DNA of 13,437 bases, taken from the NCBI GenBank assembly GCA_050486505.1, contig JBJHDK010000062.1, positions 1-13,437 of the forward strand, written 5' to 3'. The notes under the pieces are model-generated. The model saw nothing but the letters and a program-made list of their open reading frames with translations, searched no databases and had not been told where the DNA came from. This document shows, one piece after another, positions 1-9,799 of the stretch. The number at the start of each line of letters is the position of its first letter. Positions within the stretch are counted from its first letter, which is position 1. The position numbers were made by a program, and so were the translations under genes. The stretch comes from Fibrobacteria bacterium. GTDB taxonomy: Bacteria; Fibrobacterota; Fibrobacteria; UBA11236.

Positions 1-1109
1 AACTGGGTCAGGGTGACCACGCGGTCGAGGGCGGCCATGCGTGCTAGGGCGAGCTCGGCGGCGAGGCGCGGGTGAGGCGCCGTGCGCAACCCGTCGACGA
101 GATCGGCGACGATTTTCGCATAGCGCAGGATGTCGCCGTCTTGCAGGTCGCCGGCGATGTCGCGCAGCTCCCGGAAGCGCGACTCGCCGAGGCCGAGCAG
201 GGCGGGGGTCACGCCATTCTGGCGGCAGAAGAGCAGGTCGCGCAGGTAGGCGCCGAATCCCGACAGGAACTCTCCGATTTCGACGCCTTCGGACGTCGCG
301 TCGTCGAGGGTCCTGAAGGCGCCGCCGACATCGTGCCCGGCCACGTTGCGCAGCAGCTCGTCGAAGAGATGCTCCGCGGGGATTCCCAGGGCCTTGCGCG
401 CGTCGTCGAGCGAGATCTCGGATCCGGCGAAGGCATAGACGCGGTCGAAGAGGCTCAGGGCATCGCGCATGCTGCCGTCGGCCTTGCGCGCGAGGGCTTC
501 GAGCGCCGCGCGCTCGGCCTTGATGCCTTCCTGTTCGCAAATGAACTCGAGCCGCTCGCGGATGGCCGATTCCGTGATGCGCTTGAAGTCGAAGCGCTGC
601 ACGCGCGACAGGATGGTGTGGGGAACCTTGCCCGACTCGGTGGTGGCGAAGATGAACACCACGTGCGGCGGGGGCTCTTCCAGGGTCTTCAGCAGGGCGT
701 TGAAGGCCGACTTGGAAAGCATGTGCACTTCGTCGATGATGTAGATCTTGTATTGCCCCTGCATGGGGGCGTACTTCACTTGCTCGCGCAGGTCGCGGAT
801 GTTGTCGACGCTGTTGTTCGAGGCCCCGTCGATCTCGAGCACGTCCATCGACGCGCCCTGATTCACGGCGATGCAGTTCTCGCAGGTTTCACAGGGAGTG
901 GCGGTGGGGCCGTTTTTGCAGTTCAGGGCCTTGGCAAGAATGCGCGCGGAAGTGGTTTTGCCCACGCCGCGCGTTCCGGTGAAGAGAAATGCGTGCGAGA
1001 CCCGGCCCGTGGCGATGGCGTTACGCAATGTCTGGGCGATATGCTCTTGGCCGACCATCTCCTCGAAGTTCTTCGGCCTCCACTTGCGGGCCATGACCAG
1101 GTAAGACAT
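1..1109 (-). CDS. dnaX: DNA polymerase III subunit gamma/tau (3' end beyond window edge)
   Basis: Not in the ORF track because it has no stop in the window. Manual translation from ATG at 1109 gives MSYLVMARKWRPKNFEEMVGQEH, Walker A GTRGVGKTT, Zn module ALNC...PCETCENC, EIDGASNNSVD, Walker B IIDEVHML, FNALLKTLEEPP and GSMRDALSL. Confidence 0.97.
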   Translation of the reverse strand, partial: MSYLVMARKWRPKNFEEMVGQEHIAQTLRNAIATGRVSHAFLFTGTRGVGKTTSARILAKALNCKNGPTATPCETCENCIAVNQGASMDVLEIDGASNNSVDNIRDLREQVKYAPMQGQYKIYIIDEVHMLSKSAFNALLKTLEEPPPHVVFIFATTESGKVPHTILSRVQRFDFKRITESAIRERLEFICEQEGIKAERAALEALARKADGSMRDALSLFDRVYAFAGSEISLDDARKALGIPAEHLFDELLRNVAGHDVGGAFRTLDDATSEGVEIGEFLSGFGAYLRDLLFCRQNGVTPALLGLGESRFRELRDIAGDLQDGDILRYAKIVADLVDGLRTAPHPRLAAELALARMAALDRVVTLTQ

Positions 1110-1117
1110 GGGAGAGA

Positions 1118-1123
1118 AAGGTA
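1118..1123 (-). promoter_or_regulatory. Putative -10 box (TACCTT) of dnaX
   Basis: TAnnnT hexamer followed by 8 nt (TCTCTCCC) and then ATG; no SD; same geometry as at pyrB and hisA. Confidence 0.55.
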
Positions 1124-1146
1124 ATAGGTGGGAGGTAGGGGGTTGA
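1119..1146. repeat. Degenerate heptamer tandem array (4 units)
   Basis: AGGTAAT AGGTGGG AGGTAGG GGGTTGA in 7-nt phase. Confidence 0.55.
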
Positions 1147-1231
1147 TGATGGCGGATGCGGGGATGTGTAGGGGCAAATGATCATTTGCCCCTACACATC
1201 CCCGGAATCGTCCCCCGCGTCCGCCATCATC
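1145..1231. repeat. Long inverted repeat with a 46-bp perfect palindrome (1159-1204) centred on a 28-bp GTAG-type REP-like element (1168-1195)
   Basis: Core GTAGGGGCAAATGATCATTTGCCCCTAC. Pairing is perfect over 1159-1204, and outer arms 1145-1158 and 1218-1231 pair with one mismatch after a 13-nt bulge. Confidence 0.9.
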
Positions 1232-2099
1232 TCAAGCAGCTTCTGCGCGCCGATGACGTAGCGCTTGCGGCAGAACTCGCAGAACAGTTCCGCTTCTCCC
1301 GCGTCGAGATAAAGTGACTCGAGGCCGTCCCGTCCGAGAGAGGAGAGCGCACGGAGCACCCCCTCTTCGCTGCACGGACAGAAGGGCTCGATGTCGAATT
1401 CCTTGTGGATTTGCGGAGTGAAATCGGCGAAGGCGGCGTAGATCGCGTCGAGGTCGAGGCCAGCTGTTTCGCCTTCCGCGCTGCCGGAGCGGGCGTGCGC
1501 GGCGAAGTCGATCGAGTTGGCGAGTCCGGTAAGGGCGGACCAGTTCTCATCGGTCGCGCCAGGAAAGGCTTCGAGCAACACGCCGCCCGCGAAGGCGAGG
1601 CGGCCCGCACCGTCGTCGCAGCGCGCCGCGACGCGCAGCAGGGACGAGCCTTGCTCGCTTTGCTTGAGGTAGTGGGTCACGCTTTCGGAAAGGTCCGCAG
1701 CGACCATGTCGACGATGCCTTCCGAGAGGCGGCGGCCGTCGCGGTCGAGCTTGATCACGCGCAGGGTCTGGGGAAGCACCATGGGTTCGAAGCTGCCGGT
1801 GCGCAACACCTCTTCACGCGGGATCATGGCGCGCACGAGCCCGAAGGGCGTCGCATCGGCCGAGACGCGGCTGATGTCACCGGAGAGCTGGAAGCGGAGT
1901 TGCACGGTGCCGGGGCCCTTGAGCCCCGAGGCGAGCAGCAGGGCGGCGGACACGGCTTCGCCCAGGAGCTGGGCGGAATAGCCGCGCGCTTCGTGCAGGT
2001 CGGCGATGCGGTTGGCGGCCCGCGTGGCGTCCACGAGCACGAGACGGTACTTGGCGGCGTCGCCCGTGGCACGGATGATGCGGTCTTGCTTCAGGAAGC

Positions 2100-2103
<4 letters not shown>
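1192..2103 (-). CDS. hslO: Hsp33 family redox-regulated molecular chaperone
   Basis: N-terminal DRIIRA, LGEAVSAALLL, AGGVLLE, and the C-terminal zinc switch CPC...CEFC; 303 aa. GTG start overlaps the upstream TGA (GTGA). Confidence 0.93.
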
Positions 2104-5525
<3,422 letters not shown>

Positions 5526-5549
5526 TTTGTGAGGTCTCCCGAGAGGGGA

Positions 5550-5555
5550 AACGTA
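5550..5555 (-). promoter_or_regulatory. Putative -10 box (TACGTT) for the PEPCK-hslO transcript
   Basis: TACGTT followed by C-rich TCCCCTCT, then a GGGAGA SD-like site and ATG at 5525. Confidence 0.45.
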
Positions 5556-5556
5556 G

Positions 5557-5651
5557 ACAATTACGAATTGCGAATGGCGAAGGACGTGCCGGGCGCGGCA
5601 ATCCGTCCTTCTCGCAACCTGTTCGTAATTTGTAACCCGTAATTCTAAATT
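5557..5651. repeat. Two inverted heptamer arrays (AATTACG / CGTAATT) forming a long imperfect hairpin in the divergent PEPCK-pyrB spacer
   Basis: Left arm AATTACG AATTGCG AATGGCG AAGGACG; centre TGCCG-GGCG-CGGCA; right arm CGTCCTT ... CGTAATT TGTAACC CGTAATT CTAAATT. Confidence 0.8.
5646..5651 (+). promoter_or_regulatory. Putative -10 box (TAAATT) of pyrB
   Basis: TAAATT, then 8 nt (CGCCCCGC), then ATG at 5660; no SD. Confidence 0.6.
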
Positions 5652-5659
5652 CGCCCCGC

Positions 5660-6649
5660 ATGTCGTCCCCCTTCTTTCACGTTCTCAAAACCCAGCAGTT
5701 CGACCGTGCGCTGCTTGACGAGTTATGCGAATTGACCACGGCCATTCGCCGTTTGGCGAAGAGTCGCGACGGTCTCCTTTTGTTGCGGAGCCTGCTGGCC
5801 GACAAGCGGGCGATGCTTTACTTCACCCAGCCATCGACCCGCACCTTCCTCAGCTTCAACAACGCCTGCCAGATCCTCGGCATCCAGACCAGTGAGATCC
5901 GCGACGCATCGACATCCTCGGAGATCAAGGGCGAAAGCCTGCTCGACAGCCTTCGCACCTTCAGTTCCTATGTCGACGTCATCATCATGCGCACGAAGGA
6001 AGAGGGGCTTGCGGAAAAGGCCGCGGCCCTGTTCGACCGCATCAACCGGCCCGTCCCCGTGCTGAATGCGGGCAGCGGCAAGGATCAGCACCCCACCCAG
6101 GCGTTGCTCGACATCTACACCCTCGAGCGCAGCTTCCGCCGCGACGGCGGGATCGACGGCAAGGTGATCGGCATGATGGGCGACCTCAAGCGCGGCCGCA
6201 CGGTCCGCTCGCTGAGCTACCTGATGAAGAACTACCGGGACGTGAAGCTGACCTTCATCGCGCCCCCGGCCTTTCGCATGGAAGATGACATCAAGGAGCA
6301 TCTGAGCGATCATGGCGTCGCCTATGCCGAGACGGACGACATGGAGGCCGCGCTGCCCTCCCTCGACGCCCTCTACATCACGCGCATCCAGGACGAGCAC
6401 GATCTGGCGGGCGAATCGTCGCAGGTCGACACCAGCCGCTTCAAGCTCGGCACGGCGCACCTGCCGCGCATGAAGCCCGGTGCGGTAATCATGCATCCGC
6501 TTCCGCGCCGCGACGAGATCCACCCCGATGTCGACGACGACCCCCGCGCCAAGTATTGGCGGCAGGAGCGCAACGGCATGTGGATGCGGGTGGCCATCCT
6601 GGTCAAGATTTTCGGCGCCGACCGGCGCATTCTCGACACGGCGTTCTAG
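5660..6649 (+). CDS. pyrB: Aspartate carbamoyltransferase catalytic subunit
   Basis: Carbamoyl-phosphate motif PSTRT, KGESLLDS, HPTQALLD, aspartate-specific GDLKRGRTVRSL and TRIQ, and MHPLPR (not the HCLP of ornithine transcarbamylase). Confidence 0.95.
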   Translation: MSSPFFHVLKTQQFDRALLDELCELTTAIRRLAKSRDGLLLLRSLLADKRAMLYFTQPSTRTFLSFNNACQILGIQTSEIRDASTSSEIKGESLLDSLRTFSSYVDVIIMRTKEEGLAEKAAALFDRINRPVPVLNAGSGKDQHPTQALLDIYTLERSFRRDGGIDGKVIGMMGDLKRGRTVRSLSYLMKNYRDVKLTFIAPPAFRMEDDIKEHLSDHGVAYAETDDMEAALPSLDALYITRIQDEHDLAGESSQVDTSRFKLGTAHLPRMKPGAVIMHPLPRRDEIHPDVDDDPRAKYWRQERNGMWMRVAILVKIFGADRRILDTAF

Positions 6650-6652
6650 CTT

Positions 6653-6670
6653 CCCCGCCGCGCGGCGGGG
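6653..6670. terminator. GC-rich palindrome between convergent pyrB and rhomboid; possible terminator or pause hairpin
   Basis: CCCCGCCGCGCGGCGGGG is a perfect 18-bp palindrome in a 30-bp convergent spacer; no U-tract. Confidence 0.4.
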
Positions 6671-6679
6671 CGCCCGCGG

Positions 6680-7615
6680 TTATCGCAAAACCAGCGACCA
6701 CGCGACGATGTACGCGCCCAGCACGCCGAGCACTCCGAGCGCCTGCCAGCCCGGCGCTTCCACGCCCCGGTCGCCCAGCCAGCGCACGGTCGGGGCGAAG
6801 AGCACGCCGTAGGCGAACCCGATGAAATGCCCCTTGATGTCGACCTGCTCTCCGAGTCCCACCATCACGGCCAGAAAAAAAGCTCCCAACAGGGGTGTGT
6901 AGTTCCGCAGCCCCTTGAACGACGTCCCGGCCGGCGATCTCGGCTTGAAGAGGGTCTCCAGCCCCGCCAGCATCCCCAGCCCCGCGAACACCACGGTGGA
7001 AAATCCCAGCGAGAAGTAGTGCGGCGGCGAGATGGCGGCAACGGTCCAGTTCGTCATCATGGCCGCGAGGGTCAGCAGGACCATGAAGGTTCCGGGGCCG
7101 CAGCGCCGCCGGATGAGGTTGAAGATGAAAAACCCGGAGAGCATGTTGCCCAGGAAATGCTCGGCATCGGCATGCAGGGTCGTGGCGGTGAGCGTGCGCC
7201 ACCATTCCCCGTCCATGATGCGCTCCGCGGAGGCTCCGCCCTGGCGCGTCATCCAGGATTCCCAGTACGAAGAGGCTTCGAGGAAGTAAATCGCCGTCGG
7301 AATCGAAAGGTGGATGAGGGGGGACACATGCAGGTCGAAGGGAACCTCGGGGGCCTCGCTGTCGGCGAACCCGCGGTTCTCCGCGGCGTGCCGCTTCAGG
7401 ATTTCCCTGGCGCGTTCCGCATCCCCGGGGTCGACCGTCAACAGGAATTCCTGCCCGTCGAACTCGATCCAGTGGCGCACGCCTTGCGAGGCCAGCACCA
7501 GTGAATCGTCGAGCACCGCGCGCTTGCGCGGATCGTGGCCCACTGCCACCCGGTCCGGGGAAGATTCCGGTCCGTCCGGGTCTTCGGGGAGCATGCCGTA
7601 GAGGGGTGTCCGCAT
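6680..7615 (-). CDS. Rhomboid family intramembrane serine protease with soluble N-terminal domain
   Basis: WWR motif, LHADAEHFLGN, catalytic Ser in LGFSTVVF, catalytic His in GHFIGFAYG, several hydrophobic helices. Start placed at ATG 7615, which overlaps the hisA stop (TGATG), rather than 7669. Confidence 0.9.
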   Translation of the reverse strand: MRTPLYGMLPEDPDGPESSPDRVAVGHDPRKRAVLDDSLVLASQGVRHWIEFDGQEFLLTVDPGDAERAREILKRHAAENRGFADSEAPEVPFDLHVSPLIHLSIPTAIYFLEASSYWESWMTRQGGASAERIMDGEWWRTLTATTLHADAEHFLGNMLSGFFIFNLIRRRCGPGTFMVLLTLAAMMTNWTVAAISPPHYFSLGFSTVVFAGLGMLAGLETLFKPRSPAGTSFKGLRNYTPLLGAFFLAVMVGLGEQVDIKGHFIGFAYGVLFAPTVRWLGDRGVEAPGWQALGVLGVLGAYIVAWSLVLR

Positions 7616-8403
7616 CAATCCGTATTCCGGGGGTGGTTTTCCGCCTGTTCCCGGTTGAACGCGATGCATTGCTCGAGCCTCGCCCCGGATCCACCGAAAA
7701 TGTCGAGGGCGCTGCCGATGGTGAGGTCGATGCGGCCGTTGCTCTCGGCCTTCATGCGACGGAGGTCGTCGACGGAGACCGCGCCGCCCGCGTAGGTGAC
7801 CGGGTGGCTCGTGAGGCGCCCGAGCAGGCGCACCAGCTCCCAGTCCGGGCCTTTCTGCAGGCCTTCGACATCGGCGGCGTGCACCAGGTATTCAGCGCAC
7901 CAGGGATCCAGGAGTCCGAAGAGCTCGGGATCGAGCTTGACGGAGGTGACGGTTTGCCAACGGTTGGTGGCCACGAACCAGTCGTTGCCTGCGCGGCGAC
8001 AGCTGAGGTCCACGACCAGCCTGTCGGCTCCCACGAGCCGGGAAAGCTCCTTCAGCCGCTCCAGGTCGAGGCTGTCGTGTGGGAATAGCCAGGATGTGAC
8101 GATGACATGGCTGGCGCCGGCGTCGAGCCATTCCCTCGCGTTGCCGGGGTGGATGCCGCCGCCCACCTGCAGGCCGCCCGGCCACGCGGCAAGGGCGGCC
8201 TTGGCCGCCTTTTCGTTGCCGGGGCCGAGCAGGATGACGTGTCCGCCCTTGAGGTCATTTTCGCGGTAGAGTCCGGCGTAGTGGGCGGCGTCGCGGTCCG
8301 AAACGAAGTTCGTGCGGGGCGCGTCGCCGTCACGGAGGCTGCCGCCGACGATTTGCTTGACGCGGCCCTCGTGGAGGTCGATGCAGGGGCGGAACAGGGT
8401 CAT
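7615..8403 (-). CDS. hisA: ProFAR isomerase (histidine biosynthesis), eukaryotic His6-type
   Basis: MTLFRPCIDLHEGRVKQIVGGSL, LQVGGGI, GASHVIVTS, LVVDLSCR, LVHAADVEGL, TYAGG and DLTIGSALDIFGG match the HIS6/TIGR02129 type. The true start is likely 8403, not 8550. Confidence 0.93.
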   Translation of the reverse strand: MTLFRPCIDLHEGRVKQIVGGSLRDGDAPRTNFVSDRDAAHYAGLYRENDLKGGHVILLGPGNEKAAKAALAAWPGGLQVGGGIHPGNAREWLDAGASHVIVTSWLFPHDSLDLERLKELSRLVGADRLVVDLSCRRAGNDWFVATNRWQTVTSVKLDPELFGLLDPWCAEYLVHAADVEGLQKGPDWELVRLLGRLTSHPVTYAGGAVSVDDLRRMKAESNGRIDLTIGSALDIFGGSGARLEQCIAFNREQAENHPRNTD

Positions 8404-8411
8404 GCGCTTGA

Positions 8412-8417
8412 AATGTA
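8412..8417 (-). promoter_or_regulatory. Putative -10 box (TACATT) of hisA
   Basis: TACATT, then 8 nt (TCAAGCGC), then ATG at 8403; no SD. Confidence 0.55.
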
Positions 8418-8541
8418 GGTGCTCGACACGGAGGATTCCCCGCAAGGTATCTTTACCCGCCCGACCGGGGCCGTCAATCCCCGCACCCGATCCGGAATAC
8501 ATCCGGTGCCGGGTTGCGAAAGCCCGAGAATTCAACACCCC

Positions 8542-9606
8542 ATGACGCAATCGACTTCATCCGGCCCCCCGTGGCCGCTTCGCGCCCTACGTGCAGGCTT
8601 TGCGACCCTTTGGCGTCTTTACCAGCTCGTGCTGGGCCTGTTGCTGATCGCCGCCCTCGTGTTTTCCGTCGTCCTCTGGAAGTCGTTCCATGTCGGCGAC
8701 ATCCGTGCCTTGCGCGACAAGCCGCCCAGGACAACCGCGTTCATTGAGTCCGCGCGCGCGGAGAATCAGGAAAAGGCGGTTCGCTGGACCTGGATTCCGC
8801 TCGACTCCGTGCCACGCGAGTTGCGGCGGATGGTCCTGGTCGCGGAGGACGCCAAGTTTTACTCGCACGCGGGCTTCGACTGGGAATCGATCGAGTACGC
8901 CATCATCGCCAACCGCCAGTCGGGGCGCAACGCGCGCGGCGCAAGCACCATCACCCAGCAGACGGCGAAGAACCTCTTCCTCAGCGGAGAGAAGGCCATG
9001 CAGCGCAAGTTGCACGAGGCGGCGATCACCGTGCTGCTCGAGTATCATCTCGAGAAGGATCGGATCCTCGAGATCTACCTCAACATCGCGCAATTCGGCC
9101 CCGGCGTTTTCGGCGTGCGCGAGGGTGCACGGCATCACTTCGGCAAGGAGCCCGGCGCGCTGACGCGCGACGAAATGCTTTCGTTGGCGGCGCTTCTGCC
9201 CGCTCCGAACCGCTGGGATCCGAAGACTCCCTCGCGCGCCTACGTGAACCACAGGAATCGCGTGGCGCGCAATTACGGGTTATACGGGGGGATCCGTGCC
9301 GCCGCCGCCGGCGCGCGGGCCGACACTGCGTCGGGGGATTCCCCGGAGGCGCTCGACAGCCTGGGGGTATTGCTGTCGCAGGAGCGCTGGGGCGACTTGC
9401 GCACGGTCCCGGTGTGGGAGCTGCGCGGCAACGGAGCGAGCGACGATGCCGTGCCGGTCGATTCCGTCGGCGCGGAGGATGGGGGCTTCACCGGAGTTCC
9501 CGCCGCCGACGCCGCAGGGGCTTCGGATGGCACGGATGCAGCAAATAGTGCGGAAAACGGCGCGGATAACGAGAGCGGCAGGATTTCAGGACACCAGGAA
9601 GAGTGA
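8542..9606 (+). CDS. mtgA: Monofunctional biosynthetic peptidoglycan transglycosylase (GT51) with acidic C-terminal extension
   Basis: N-terminal TM helix and GT51 motifs EDAKFYSHAGFD, GASTITQQTAKNLFL, RKLHE and KDRILEIYLN; no transpeptidase domain. Start uncertain; ATG 8542 preferred. Confidence 0.92.
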   Translation: MTQSTSSGPPWPLRALRAGFATLWRLYQLVLGLLLIAALVFSVVLWKSFHVGDIRALRDKPPRTTAFIESARAENQEKAVRWTWIPLDSVPRELRRMVLVAEDAKFYSHAGFDWESIEYAIIANRQSGRNARGASTITQQTAKNLFLSGEKAMQRKLHEAAITVLLEYHLEKDRILEIYLNIAQFGPGVFGVREGARHHFGKEPGALTRDEMLSLAALLPAPNRWDPKTPSRAYVNHRNRVARNYGLYGGIRAAAAGARADTASGDSPEALDSLGVLLSQERWGDLRTVPVWELRGNGASDDAVPVDSVGAEDGGFTGVPAADAAGASDGTDAANSAENGADNESGRISGHQEE

Positions 9607-9610
9607 CCGG

Positions 9611-9625
9611 GGCCGCAATGCGGCC
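9611..9625 (+). terminator. Short GC hairpin just after the mtgA stop
   Basis: GGCCGCA-A-TGCGGCC, flanked by CCGG on both sides; the T-rich tract is distant. Confidence 0.3.
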
Positions 9626-9757
9626 GAAGCCGGGGTGTTATCGGTTTTATGTCTTTTCCGTGAAACCGGAAACACCTTGTATCGAAATTCACGCGAAACG
9701 CGTTATGCGAAAGACATTTCGAGTCGGATTTCGGTTTTCGTGACATGACAGGGGCCG

Positions 9758-9795
9758 TAGATTCCCCGTATCCGGCGTGCCCGGAACCGGGAGGT
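9758..9795 (+). promoter_or_regulatory. Putative -10 box (TAGATT, 9758-9763) and Shine-Dalgarno site (GGGAGGT, 9789-9795) of the propeller lipoprotein gene
   Basis: TAnnTT followed by a C-run as at the other promoters; strong SD just before ATG 9800. Confidence 0.5.
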
Positions 9796-9799
9796 GGCC

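Noticed and set aside
1..1109. dnaX programmed frameshift (gamma/tau)
   Set aside because: The expected site would lie beyond the window edge, so it cannot be assessed.
72..1124. 350-aa plus-strand ORF
   Set aside because: Antisense shadow of dnaX, which carries all the conserved motifs on the minus strand.
1110..1191. SRP RNA (ffs) or tRNA, often found upstream of dnaX
   Set aside because: The spacer is only 82 bp and is explained by the repeats; no SRP or tRNA motifs are visible.
5526..5659. PyrR or pyrBI-type attenuator upstream of pyrB
   Set aside because: No PyrR-binding loop, leader peptide or terminator U-tract, and the putative -10 box leaves no leader.
8404..8550. N-terminal extensions of hisA (to 8550) and mtgA (from 8419) in the ORF track
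   Set aside because: They would overlap head to head; recognisable sequence starts at 8403 and about 8542.
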